A DNA stretch of 64,000 nucleotides from an uncultured bacterium (GTDB lineage Bacteria; Patescibacteriota; Microgenomatia; Levybacterales; UBA12049). Positions 8,356-18,508 of the stretch are shown one piece after another. The DNA is taken from the NCBI GenBank assembly GCA_963826535.1, contig CAWGXL010000010.1:106814-170813 (forward strand), written 5' to 3'. The translations under genes and the position numbers were made by a program. Every line of letters starts with the position of its first letter. Within the stretch, counting starts at the first letter, position 1. The notes beneath the pieces are model-generated. The model was not told the origin of the DNA. It did no database searches and saw only the letters and a list, made by a program, of their open reading frames with translations.

Positions 8356-10716
8356 TCAACTCAACGCTGGTGAGGTATGTGCAAACGCGTGGCCATTGTG
8401 TGAACGCGGCTTTGGTAGCGGTTTGACAAGTGCGATTTCCAGGACCTCATCCATATGCGAGACAAATTTGAACTTCATATCGTTAAGTACCTCCTTGGGT
8501 ATATCTTCCAGATCTTTCTTGTTCTCCTTCGGCAATATAATCGTTCTAAGACCAGCTCGGTGAGCCGCAATCGCCTTCTCTTTTATTCCGCCGATTTCCA
8601 ATACTCTTCCGCGTAATGTTACCTCTCCTGTCATGCCGATTTTCCTATTAACTGGTATTTTTGAAAGCGCCGAAGCAATTGCTGTAGTAATCGCTATACC
8701 GGCCGACGGACCGTCTTTGGGCACTGCACCTTCGGGCACATGTACATGTACATCAATTTTTTGATAGAATTTTTCGTTTAAACTAAGCTTATCAGCACGT
8801 GCGCGGATGTATGACATAGCAGCTTGGCATGATTCTTTCATTACATCACCCAGCTGTCCTGTGAGAATTAATTGACCCTTGCCCGGCATTAGAGCTACTT
8901 CAATGAACAGTATATCGCCTCCTGCTTCTGTCCAGGCGAGTCCTGTTGACATACCTATTGTATTTTGTTTCTCAATCATTGTCGAAGTAAATTTGATTGG
9001 ACCCAGGTATTTTTGAACATCATCAGCTTTAATATTTATTTTTTTAGTTTCTCCTTCGGCTACTTTTTTGGCAACTTTACGAAAAACAGTCGCAATTTTT
9101 CGCTCTAAATTCCTTACTCCTGCCTCACGCGTATAGTGTTGGCCTATAAACTGAATTGCTTTATCGGTAAGATCGAGATTATCATTTTTCAAACCATGAT
9201 TTTCAAGCTGCTTCTTCACTAAGAAGTCTCGTGCAATCTTGAATTTCTCATCATGTGTGTATCCTGCAAATTGGATGATCTCGAGACGATCACGAAGAGC
9301 GGCTGGAATAGTGTCTAAAACATTTGCGGTTGTGATAAACATCACGTTGGACAAATCAAAAGGAACTTCTAAATAATGATCTGAAAACATAGAATTCTGT
9401 TCAGGATCAAGTGCTTCGAGGAGTGCCGAAGATGGATCCCCGCGGAAGTCCGAGCCGACTTTATCAATTTCATCGAGCATGAATACAGGATTTTTAGTAT
9501 TAGCGTCTTTTATACCCTGAATGATACGGCCGGGTAGCGCTCCAACGTATGTTCTTCTATGTCCTCGTATTTCTGCTTCATCTCGTATGCCACCCAAAGA
9601 AACTCTAACAAACTTGCGGCCTAGCGCGCGTGCAATTGATTTACCTATTGATGTTTTACCTACTCCGGGAGGTCCTACAAAACATAGGATAGGTCCTTTC
9701 ATTTTTCCGGATAATTTATGTACTGCAAGGTATTCAATAATGCGTTCCTTTGCTTTTTGCAAACCGTAATGATCTTCATCGAGAATTTTTTCTGCTGTTT
9801 TGATCTCGCTGTTGTCGCGGCTTTCACTGCTCCATGGCAAAGCAACCAAAAGATCAAGGTAATTGCGAATATAACCGGCTTCAGGGTTGAACTGGTTCAT
9901 ATTCTGCAATTTGTTCACTTCTTTCTTGGCTTTTTCCTCTACCTCATCAGGCATTTTTGCATCCTTTATTTTTTGCATATAGATCTTAATTTCCGAGGTC
10001 TCTTCTTTCTCGCCCAGTTCTTCTTCGATTGTTCTTAATCTTTCACGAAGCATAGCTTCTCTAGCACCTTTTTCAAACCTCTCCTGAGTCTTAGAAGCAA
10101 TTCGGCGTTCAATCTCAAGTATTTTAATTTCTTTTGCGAGTAGTTCGGTAAGTTTCTGTAATCTTTGCTTTACATTTGTCATTTCCAGAAGCTCTTGGCG
10201 TTCCATTGGTTTTAGATCGAGAGCTGAAGCAATAAGATCAGATAGTTCAGGCGCGGAATTTTCAGACATTATATTCATAAATAGCAAAAAGTCAGCTGAC
10301 TTGCCGAAGTTCATCGCTTTGCGGAATTCACTGGTCAAATGATTGCAGAGCGCGCGTATTTCTTCCGTGTCATCAACAATTTCAGGTATTTCAACAACTT
10401 TTGCCGTGAAGTAAGCGTCATGTTTTTCATAGGAAAGAATTTTTACGCGGCTCAATCCTCTTACCTGAGCATTTATTTCTCCATCAGTGCGTATCATTCT
10501 TTCAATTCTGGAAAGGGTTCCGATTGAATAAAGATCGCTGGGAGTTGGGTCATTTAACCGCGCATTTTTTTGAAGTACAAAACATACTATTCGTTCCTTT
10601 TGAAAAGCGGATTCAAGCGCGCTTAAACTTTTTGGTCGTCCGAAGGTTAAAACCGAATCTGTACTTGGGAAAATGATTCCATCTCGAATAGGTATTACAG
10701 GTACAATTTTTTCCAT
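8356..10716 (-). CDS. lon: ATP-dependent protease La (Lon)
   Basis: GPPGVGKTS Walker A, LDEIDK Walker B, PKDGPSAG catalytic Ser, 786 aa. Confidence 0.98.
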   Translation of the reverse strand: MEKIVPVIPIRDGIIFPSTDSVLTFGRPKSLSALESAFQKERIVCFVLQKNARLNDPTPSDLYSIGTLSRIERMIRTDGEINAQVRGLSRVKILSYEKHDAYFTAKVVEIPEIVDDTEEIRALCNHLTSEFRKAMNFGKSADFLLFMNIMSENSAPELSDLIASALDLKPMERQELLEMTNVKQRLQKLTELLAKEIKILEIERRIASKTQERFEKGAREAMLRERLRTIEEELGEKEETSEIKIYMQKIKDAKMPDEVEEKAKKEVNKLQNMNQFNPEAGYIRNYLDLLVALPWSSESRDNSEIKTAEKILDEDHYGLQKAKERIIEYLAVHKLSGKMKGPILCFVGPPGVGKTSIGKSIARALGRKFVRVSLGGIRDEAEIRGHRRTYVGALPGRIIQGIKDANTKNPVFMLDEIDKVGSDFRGDPSSALLEALDPEQNSMFSDHYLEVPFDLSNVMFITTANVLDTIPAALRDRLEIIQFAGYTHDEKFKIARDFLVKKQLENHGLKNDNLDLTDKAIQFIGQHYTREAGVRNLERKIATVFRKVAKKVAEGETKKINIKADDVQKYLGPIKFTSTMIEKQNTIGMSTGLAWTEAGGDILFIEVALMPGKGQLILTGQLGDVMKESCQAAMSYIRARADKLSLNEKFYQKIDVHVHVPEGAVPKDGPSAGIAITTAIASALSKIPVNRKIGMTGEVTLRGRVLEIGGIKEKAIAAHRAGLRTIILPKENKKDLEDIPKEVLNDMKFKFVSHMDEVLEIALVKPLPKPRSHNGHAFAHTSPALS

Positions 10717-10731
10717 ATTTATTTTGTGATA

Positions 10732-10765
10732 TTAGCAATCTAACATATCATCTGCTAGTTGTCAA
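10732..10765 (-). promoter_or_regulatory. lon promoter overlapping a degenerate CIRCE element
   Basis: TTAGCAATC-N9-ATCTGCTAG (10732-10758) versus CIRCE TTAGCACTC-N9-GAGTGCTAA; minus strand TTGACA-17-TAGATT. Confidence 0.55.
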
Positions 10766-10830
10766 GAGCATGCTTAATTACTTGTTTATTTAATCATTAT
10801 ATATCCAATATGTCAATCAAAGGAATACTA

Positions 10831-11996
10831 TTATAATCCTTCAGCGTATTGAGCAGGTATAATAACTGCCCGATCTCCATTAGACCAAAAGCAAGAGTCT
10901 GAAAAAATTGCTAAATCTTGAGGTTCATGATCCATAACTCCGAAGTTAGGAACATTTTCAGTTTGGTAATTAAGCAACCCAAACTGCGACTTTTTCAAAA
11001 GTCTATAATCTCCGTGTTCCAAATACGTACATTCATTACTTTTGCTCAATATTACAGCTAAATCACCAAGCATTACATCGGTTGGCAGACTACCTCTTGG
11101 CCTATCAGCTAGTAACAGACCATATGGTCCTTGTTTTGGAAGAATGCGTTGACTGCAATTCACTATTTCCCAAAAATCTGCAGCTACAAAATTTAATCTT
11201 ACTCCATCCGAAGGAGTGATACCAAATGCAAGATCAGATGTAATTACTGGAAAGTCAACGCCATCTGATGCCGGCAATGCGAAATTTTGTACTGGTTGTC
11301 TCATTTTAAACGGACGTAATTGATAAATCATAAATGGATTCAAACCTATTTCCATTTGGTAAAGCCATTTTGGATCAACTAATCCGCTTTTCTCAACTTC
11401 CTCATACGTCTTTACAGCCTCTTTAATTTCCTCTTTAGTAATATTGGTTGTCCAATTAATAATACTTATAAAGTCATCTTTACGGATTTGCGCAGAGGAT
11501 AAGTTCATTAACGGTCTTTCTTCTATATTCGCATAATTCATATCTATTTCCTCTAACTTATGCGGATGTCTAAGCATACTTCCCACAATAAGTGACCTTG
11601 ATTGCTCTTGCACCAAGACATGTGCCTCAGGAGTAAAGGGTTGACCCCAGTCTTCTGCGTGTCTGCGTAAATCCACACTTGCTGCTTTCCTTGTAATTAA
11701 ATTAATTGCGCTTTGTAATTCGTCTTCTGTAGTTACATTACGCTTTGTGGGAAGTACGTCTATATATCCATGCCAGTCGTAAAATGCGATCCTCGTACAA
11801 TTAAAGGTCCGCGCAAATCTCGAAAAGCAGCAGCTACTAGTCGGGGATTCCTTAAATCCTCATAGTAAAGGTAGCGTGATTTTGGAACAGGAAACCCCTT
11901 TTCAGCAAGCGCCCTATTTCCTTCAAGCTTACCTCCGCCGCGATTAATAGGAATTGGTGACCTCTCTACTCTACTACGTTCATGCTCAACAGGCAT
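10831..11996 (-). pseudogene. PEP-synthase/PPDK N-terminal-like ATP-grasp protein split by a 1-nt frameshift near 11782
   Basis: GGGK...L...GFPVP...LIVRGSH, then open continuation YDWHGYIDVLPT... in the frame of ORF 10831..11676 (VQEQ, QMEIG, IYQLRP). Confidence 0.6.
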
Positions 11997-12073
11997 ATTT
12001 GAGCTAATTATAACAGATGAATGAAGTGTTTTGATATAGTATGTTACTATGGCTAATGGATTATTTTGGCAGC

Positions 12074-12120
12074 TTGACTTGCCTTATATAACCTTATATA
12101 ATCTTATATAGTTCTGATAT
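12074..12120 (+). promoter_or_regulatory. Sigma70 promoter overlapped by 10-bp tandem repeats
   Basis: TTGACT(12074)-17-TATAAT(12097); gccttatata/accttatata/atcttatata at 12081-12110. Confidence 0.75.
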
Positions 12121-13173
12121 ATGGCAAACTTTACTCTCAGATTAGAAAATCTTCCTAACGACATTTGGGCAAAAATAACACAAATTGAGGAGTTAAAAGG
12201 CAGATGGAGCGCAGGTGTTAACCTCAGTCCACAAACTTTGGGACGCTTAAAGCGGTCTGTCCTTATTACTTCAACTGGTGCCTCGACTCGTATTGAAGGG
12301 GCAAAGTTGTCTGATGAAGACATTGAAAAGATGCTTCGGGGTATTTCAATACAAAAGTTCAGCAATCGAGACGCGCAGGAAGTACAAGGGTATTATGAAT
12401 TGTTACTCAATGTTTTTGACGCTTGGGAAGATTTACATTTAAACGAAGGTCTTATTAAGCACTTCCATAAAGAGCTTCTAAAGTATGTAGAAAAAGACAA
12501 ACTTCATCGAGGTGAGTATAAAATGCAAGAAAACAAAGTGGAAATGATAGATGAGGCGGGAAATTCAATTGGAATACTTTTTGATACTTCACCAGCCTAC
12601 TTAACTCCAAAGGAAATGACCGAACTTGTCGAATGGACAAAGCAGGCATTGACGGAGAAAAAATATCATCCGTTACTTATTGTCGGTAATTTCATCGTTG
12701 AATTTTTGAATATCCATCCATTTCAAGATGGAAACGGAAGAATGTCTCGTATACTAACAAACTTGCTTTTATTGCAACAAGGTTACTTATATATGCCATA
12801 CATCTCCCATGAAAAACTTATTGAGGATAATAAACCTGAATATTATCTTGCACTTAGGCAAAGTCAAAAGACTTTCAAAACAGATAAACCCAATATTAAT
12901 CCATGGCTTAATTTTTTCTTGACTATTCTTTTGCAACAATCTCAGATGGCTTTTGGTTTACTTACTACGGAAAATATAGAAACTTTACTATCACCAAAAC
13001 AATTAGCAGTATGGGAATATTTACAAACAGTTGATGAGGCAACACCACAAAAAATAGCTGAAAAAGCTCATGTCGCACGTCCGACAGTCAATCAGGTATT
13101 AAATAAATTATTGGAGCTGAAAAAGGTAGAACGTATCGGAGAAGGTGCAGGAATTCGATATAGAAAAGTTTAG
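12121..13173 (+). CDS. Fic family protein with C-terminal wHTH
   Basis: [12 protein letters not shown]; STRIEG inhibitory motif; C-terminal HTH ([11 protein letters not shown]...GEGAGIRY). Confidence 0.92.
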   Translation: MANFTLRLENLPNDIWAKITQIEELKGRWSAGVNLSPQTLGRLKRSVLITSTGASTRIEGAKLSDEDIEKMLRGISIQKFSNRDAQEVQGYYELLLNVFDAWEDLHLNEGLIKHFHKELLKYVEKDKLHRGEYKMQENKVEMIDEAGNSIGILFDTSPAYLTPKEMTELVEWTKQALTEKKYHPLLIVGNFIVEFLNIHPFQDGNGRMSRILTNLLLLQQGYLYMPYISHEKLIEDNKPEYYLALRQSQKTFKTDKPNINPWLNFFLTILLQQSQMAFGLLTTENIETLLSPKQLAVWEYLQTVDEATPQKIAEKAHVARPTVNQVLNKLLELKKVERIGEGAGIRYRKV

Positions 13174-14321
13174 TTTCGTTGCCTCAAAAATGCGGGGATA
13201 TCCCAATCGTCTTCGGGTTTTTCTTCTTTTTGACCTGGTTTAGTTTCATTTACATTCTCTGCCCCCTGTTGCGTAGTTGGTGTTTGGGGTGTTGTTGCGG
13301 TGGTGGTGATAGGATCAGCTTGCTTTATGTCCGGCTGATTTATGACGAATTGTTGTAAACGTTGTTTGGTTTGGTCGAAGCCGGTAGCGACAACAGTTAT
13401 GCGGATTTGGTCATGCATCGCTTCATCTATTGTGGCGCCAAAGATAATATTGGCATCCGGGTCAGCAGCTGAATTAATGATCTGCGACGCTTCATTAACC
13501 TCGTTCATTGTAAGATCCGGACCGCCAACGATATTATAAAGTACGCCACGCGCTCCCTCCATAGTAATTTCCAGAAGCGGGGATGCAATAGCGGAGCGTG
13601 CAGCAACTTGCGCACGATTCTCCCCATTTCCCGTTCCTATTCCCATAAGCGCTGATCCTGCTTCAGACATAATAGTGCGAACATCGGCAAAATCAACATT
13701 AATTAGACCGGGCCTTGTGATTATTTCCGATATACCTTGTACGCCTTGCATAAGTACAGAATCCGCGACTTTAAAAGCATCAACTAGTGATAATTTTCTG
13801 TCTACGACATCTAAAATACGTTGATTAGGAATGACTATAAGTGTATCAACTTTATCTTTTAGATTCTCAATTCCTTCTTCAGCAGCGACCATTCGCCTGG
13901 TACCTTCAAATATAAACGGTTTGGTGACAACTGCTATAGTGAGGGCGCCAACTTCTTTGGAGATATTGGCAACAATTGGCGCAGCGCCTGTTCCAGTACC
14001 GCCGCCCATTCCGGCTGTCAGGAAAACCATATCAGAGCCATCTAACATATGCTTGATCTTCTCTGTTGATTCCTCGGCAGCTTGTTTGCCAACTTCGGGA
14101 TCACCACCGCTTCCTAATCCTTTGGTGAAATTTTCACCGATCTGAATTTTGGAATCGGCTTTGTTGAGAAGAAGGGCTTGCGCGTCAGTATTGATACTTA
14201 CAAAATCAACGCCCTGGATATTCCCATGAGCAATCATTGAGCCAATTGCATTACAACCTCCGCCGCCAATACCGCAGACTCTTATTTTGGCAAAATTCGT
14301 GGATTGAGGTCGAATTAACAT
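13170..14321 (-). CDS. ftsZ: Cell division protein FtsZ
   Basis: [16 protein letters not shown] tubulin signature, NVDFAD, C-terminal DIPAFLR. Confidence 0.99.
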   Translation of the reverse strand: MLIRPQSTNFAKIRVCGIGGGGCNAIGSMIAHGNIQGVDFVSINTDAQALLLNKADSKIQIGENFTKGLGSGGDPEVGKQAAEESTEKIKHMLDGSDMVFLTAGMGGGTGTGAAPIVANISKEVGALTIAVVTKPFIFEGTRRMVAAEEGIENLKDKVDTLIVIPNQRILDVVDRKLSLVDAFKVADSVLMQGVQGISEIITRPGLINVDFADVRTIMSEAGSALMGIGTGNGENRAQVAARSAIASPLLEITMEGARGVLYNIVGGPDLTMNEVNEASQIINSAADPDANIIFGATIDEAMHDQIRITVVATGFDQTKQRLQQFVINQPDIKQADPITTTATTPQTPTTQQGAENVNETKPGQKEEKPEDDWDIPAFLRQRN

Positions 14322-14519
14322 AGTTCGCTACATACTAGCAAATTAATATTGAGTTTGCAAGGAGTAGTCTCAACCGAAAAATACATAATTTATTTTTGAT
14401 ATACCAATATTGAATAATATTGTATAAGTGGTAAAAGCAGAAGAAATTGTTCGTTATACAGTTTGTTATATTCTGAATGATTGAACTTAGTTTCTACAAT
14501 TGCTATACTAATTTTCATT

Positions 14520-14840
14520 ATGCCAAGAAAACGTGACGAGGAATTTAAATCATTGATAAGAGAAATCGGAATACTCATTGATGCGAGAGCAAATACAACG
14601 GAGGTTATTTTAAGAGCAGAATTGGCGAGTAAAGAGGATATTAAAGATATGGTGAGAAAGAAAGATATTAAAGATATGGCGACCAAGGCTGATATTAAAG
14701 ATATGGTGAGGAAGGATGATATTAAGGATATGGCAACTAAACAAGACATTTTTCGATTAGAGAAAAAGATTGACGAAACAAAACTTTTGCAGAAGCAGGT
14801 AGATGAGATGAAAATAAGACTAGATCAGATAGAAGCTTAA
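14520..14840 (+). CDS. Small coiled-coil protein with 9-aa repeats
   Basis: DIKDM(VRK/ATK)x repeated four times. Confidence 0.7.
   Translation: MPRKRDEEFKSLIREIGILIDARANTTEVILRAELASKEDIKDMVRKKDIKDMATKADIKDMVRKDDIKDMATKQDIFRLEKKIDETKLLQKQVDEMKIRLDQIEA
14637..14750 (+). repeat. 27-bp coding tandem repeat with 54-bp higher-order alternation
   Basis: GATATTAA(A/G)GATATG units start at 14637, 14664, 14691, 14718, partial at 14745. Confidence 0.9.
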
Positions 14841-14873
14841 TTGGCAAGTGTAAAATCTAGAAACTAAATCAAA

Positions 14874-16052
14874 TTAAATTTTTGATCTTCTAAACTTTTT
14901 TATATAGAAATAGGTAGCAACTACAATTATTGAAAAAATGTAGGAAATTATTCGCAAATACTCAAGCACTTGCGGAACCGGCGGATCCCAATTTCCCAGA
15001 TAAAGATATGGTGCGTAGGTTAAAAGTGCGAAAAAAGAAATTATGATACTCGGAAAAAAAACCACATATCTCTTAGATATTAGTGCGGCGATAAATAAAG
15101 CGTCTAGCAGATACCATGGTTGAAAATTGGTAAGTTGGGAAGCGTATATTATAGTACCGATCATAAGCAATAAAGACATAAAAAACATTAATTCCCAATT
15201 AATTTTTTTGTTTTTATGTTGCATGACGAGAATTATCAAGTAAACCGGCAAGAGTGCGGCTGTAGCAAATTTAATCCCAATTGATATTGCGAGTAAAATA
15301 AACGCGGTTAGATATTTTTTATTTATTAATCTATAAAGCGACCATGTAGCGAAGAAAAGCATTACCATATCCAAGTGTGCCGAGATTAGAGTTTCAATAA
15401 TAACAAGCGGGTTTAAGGCGAAAAAAAGCATACCCCAAATATAATTTTGCGGATTAATTTTTTTAAGAATTTTACCAATATAATAAGTTGTTCCTAAATA
15501 ACTTAATGCCAGAAGTAACTTGAATAAGAAAAATGTGGGAATAAATAAATTCATCCCGATAAAAGATAATGGAACTGTTAGCACAAGCCAAACAGGGCCA
15601 TATGGATAGACGCGGTGTGTCCAATGCATAAAGCTAAGCATAGGATCTCCGGGAAAATCCAGGGCTTTGTGTAAATACGGGTTCTGCTGATAATGGGTTA
15701 TGATTTTTGCATCAAACATATAATTGAATAGATCATGCGAAAATGCGTTGTAGGAAAACGTCAATATTATGGCTGTGATAATAATTAGCTTCCATGCGGT
15801 TTTTATACTAATTTTTTTTATGTAAGCAAAAATAAGAAAACCAAAATAAAAATTAAATAGAAATACAAGCAGGAAAATATATATTAGTGCAGAAAGCGGC
15901 CGGTTGAAATAACCGATGTATTGAAACGATTTAACTAACTCTCTTAAAGGCTCGATCCGTGAAAAAGTAAGACTTAAATCAATTTGTGTATATGAGTAAA
16001 AAAAGAAAGCTACTAAGATAAGTGCATAACTTATATATATTATTTTATTCAT
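14874..16052 (-). CDS. GT-C superfamily membrane glycosyltransferase (MptA/MptB, GT87-like)
   Basis: SHDLFNY, NPY, YPYGP, LNPL..IE...AHLD, QPWY motifs; polytopic. Confidence 0.7.
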   Translation of the reverse strand: MNKIIYISYALILVAFFFYSYTQIDLSLTFSRIEPLRELVKSFQYIGYFNRPLSALIYIFLLVFLFNFYFGFLIFAYIKKISIKTAWKLIIITAIILTFSYNAFSHDLFNYMFDAKIITHYQQNPYLHKALDFPGDPMLSFMHWTHRVYPYGPVWLVLTVPLSFIGMNLFIPTFFLFKLLLALSYLGTTYYIGKILKKINPQNYIWGMLFFALNPLVIIETLISAHLDMVMLFFATWSLYRLINKKYLTAFILLAISIGIKFATAALLPVYLIILVMQHKNKKINWELMFFMSLLLMIGTIIYASQLTNFQPWYLLDALFIAALISKRYVVFFPSIIISFFALLTYAPYLYLGNWDPPVPQVLEYLRIISYIFSIIVVATYFYIKKFRRSKI

Positions 16053-16797
16053 ATTTTTTTGAAAGCGCGTTTTTTTTGATTATTAGTAGAGATCTTAATC
16101 CCTCTATAGAATCAAGAATGGGACTTACCCGGCGTGTTTCAACATAGAGCCAATTAACAGGTACTTCTCTTATTTTATAACCCTTAATTTGCGCGAGGTA
16201 TAATAACTCAACGTCAAACCCTGCAGTGACCGAAGATCCTTTAATATTATGAAAACCATTATGTATCTCCATTACTTTTGTAAAAATATCGTTTGCCGCT
16301 TTTCGTGTAAACATTTTAAACCCGCATTGTGTATCTTGAATATCTGTAAGTCCAATAAGGAAAGAACGCAAAAAAACCATTCCTTTTGCCATGAAAATCC
16401 GCGTCCAAGGAGCCCCTTTCCTCCGCGAATTTCTGGAACCGATTATAATGTCATACTTTTTGATATACGGCAATAATTTATCTAATTCTTCAATAGGCGC
16501 AGCCTGGTCCATGTCTATAAACAAAGTATATTCGCCGATCGTTTTGAGCATACCGGTCGTAACTGCCCCGGCTTTGCCAAAATGGGGATTTTGAATTAGG
16601 ATAAAATGCTTGTGTTCCTTTATAAAATCTTTGACAAACTTAGTACTTCCGTCTGTAGAACCATCGTCCACAATAATAACTTCATAAGAGAATTTTTTTT
16701 TGTCAAGGTAGTTTTTTATTTTTTCCAACACCCCTTTTTGCAGGTTGCCCATTTCATCAAAGCAGGGGATAACTACTGACAGGAAGATCTTGTTCAC
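16045..16797 (-). CDS. GT2 polyprenyl-phosphate glycosyltransferase (DPG synthase-like)
   Basis: SVVIP, VDDGSTD, GKAGAV, DMD, DTQCGFK, FDVE; GTG start 6 nt after TATAAT. Confidence 0.88.
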   Translation of the reverse strand: MNKIFLSVVIPCFDEMGNLQKGVLEKIKNYLDKKKFSYEVIIVDDGSTDGSTKFVKDFIKEHKHFILIQNPHFGKAGAVTTGMLKTIGEYTLFIDMDQAAPIEELDKLLPYIKKYDIIIGSRNSRRKGAPWTRIFMAKGMVFLRSFLIGLTDIQDTQCGFKMFTRKAANDIFTKVMEIHNGFHNIKGSSVTAGFDVELLYLAQIKGYKIREVPVNWLYVETRRVSPILDSIEGLRSLLIIKKNALSKKYE

Positions 16798-16890
16798 AGG
16801 TAAATTATACAATAAAATAACTCTTCAGAACACACTATGTATTATGGATTGTTTTGAGCTTGTAAATAGGTTAAAATATCATCAATTGAA

Positions 16891-16964
16891 GCCGCGTTCG
16901 TCTAGTGGCCTAGGACAGCTGATTCTCATTCAGCAGATCAGGGGTTCAAATCCCCTACGCGGTA
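16891..16964 (+). tRNA. tRNA-Glu (anticodon CUC), CCA not encoded
   Basis: Acceptor GCCGCGT/ACGCGGT, anticodon stem GCTGA/TCAGC with loop TT-CTC-AT, T arm AGGGG-TTCAAAT-CCCCT. Confidence 0.95.
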
Positions 16965-17054
16965 CAAAGCGATTGGATCTAGTCTAGTCCGTAATCTTAC
17001 ACCCCGTCCGATAGTAGTTTGATTTTTGCCTCTTTTTAATATATAATTCCCTTC

Positions 17055-17711
17055 ATGACAACAGGCGCAGAACACGACAGGCCTTCCGAGTGGTCAATTT
17101 ATCCAGGTATTCAAAAACTGATTGACCCAAGTTGGACACAGCACAAAGAAAGGCTCATAGGTGGAGGATTAACAACGCCAAGTCAGGTGTTGGGTTCTTT
17201 TTGTGAACCTCGAGACATGTTTCCTTCTGAATTGTTAAATAAATGGCGAAATATGGGATTAGTTCTTGACGTGGGCTGCGGAATCAATGTATATGGCAAG
17301 GGACCTCTTTCTACTCCAGTAGGACTAATTCCAAACGCATATGGAGTTGATCCTATTTTAGGGTTTACAAACTATGAATTAAAAGGCAGAACTATTCCTG
17401 CATACACTGAAGATTTACCATTTTACCAAGATAGCTTTGATCATTCGTTTTCATTAAGGGGTGTAGGTTGGTATGCTGGTTCAAGATTTAATCCTTATTG
17501 GTCACTTAATGAAATGATTCGTGTTACAAAACCAGGAGGATTTGTAAGTATTCTTTTAGGAAGCACAGTGGATGCAACAATTAAAAATAATACTCAACGA
17601 GTACAAGACGCTCTTGATCAAATCAAAAACGGAACGTTAGCAAGTAAAATAGATAGAATTGCTGACTATACACATGCCCCATCCCCTCAAATAGCTATTA
17701 GTTTAAAGTAA
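17055..17711 (+). CDS. Class I SAM-dependent methyltransferase
   Basis: VLDVGCG, YGVD, EDLPF..SFD, EMIRVTKPGG. Confidence 0.85.
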   Translation: MTTGAEHDRPSEWSIYPGIQKLIDPSWTQHKERLIGGGLTTPSQVLGSFCEPRDMFPSELLNKWRNMGLVLDVGCGINVYGKGPLSTPVGLIPNAYGVDPILGFTNYELKGRTIPAYTEDLPFYQDSFDHSFSLRGVGWYAGSRFNPYWSLNEMIRVTKPGGFVSILLGSTVDATIKNNTQRVQDALDQIKNGTLASKIDRIADYTHAPSPQIAISLK

Positions 17712-17751
17712 AATAGGTTTTTAATTCCCTCTGGTAGTTAAGAATGAAGGA

Positions 17752-18474
17752 TTATTTATTACCACCTAACCCAACTTGATCAACCAAAACAGGTCGCTGT
17801 TCTTGATAATGTGGATGTTTATAGCCATTTCTTCCCCAAAATCCATCATCGCCTTTTTTCATCCCACTAAGAAATTTATGCTCTCTTTGAGACATTTCCC
17901 GCTGTGCTGCAAGAATTTTCTCATCATCATTATATGGAGTTTCAGTCGGAAGAAGATCAATAGCATATTCTTCTTCAAACATCTTTCCATAACAAAACTT
18001 TGCGCGATCTACAATGTAGTCCGCGCAAAGCACCAATACTTTCTTGCATCCATTCTTCTCAATAACATCTTTTTTAAGAAAGTATGCGTTACCGATGCTA
18101 TCCATTGATGAATCTTCGACTACTATATCTTCTTGAGGAACATCAAGGCCGAGTAAGAATTTCTGCATTTCACCTGCCTCCGTTGTCGGGGGAGTAAGAC
18201 CTTTTCTTTCCCAAGCAAGACTCCATCTGCCACTGAGCGCTATTTTTCTGGCAATATCTTTTTTATATAAATCTGATGCTATTTTTACTCGATTCTTAAC
18301 ATGTCCCGAAAGTCCCCAATTATCCCCAACAAAACCATAACCCGGAACAACAATAAGATCGTAATCTCCTTGCTGTAGCTGTTCTATGCCTTTTAGTACA
18401 CGAATATTTGAATACAGACCAGAACCTTCGAACTTTGTGGACTGTCTTGATGGAACTTCTTTAGTATCGTCCAT
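17752..18474 (-). CDS. YdcF/DUF218 family protein
   Basis: IVVPG, LSGR, TEAGEM, EDSSMDSIGNA. Confidence 0.8.
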   Translation of the reverse strand: MDDTKEVPSRQSTKFEGSGLYSNIRVLKGIEQLQQGDYDLIVVPGYGFVGDNWGLSGHVKNRVKIASDLYKKDIARKIALSGRWSLAWERKGLTPPTTEAGEMQKFLLGLDVPQEDIVVEDSSMDSIGNAYFLKKDVIEKNGCKKVLVLCADYIVDRAKFCYGKMFEEEYAIDLLPTETPYNDDEKILAAQREMSQREHKFLSGMKKGDDGFWGRNGYKHPHYQEQRPVLVDQVGLGGNK

Positions 18475-18508
18475 AGATGTTAACGGTATAACTGTTGGTT
18501 TTATATCT

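Noticed and set aside
14637-14750. Possible CRISPR array
   Set aside because: Contiguous in-frame 27-bp coding repeat without unique spacers; no cas genes in the window.
16745-16987. 80-aa ORF
   Set aside because: Spans tRNA-Glu and is antisense to the GT2 start.
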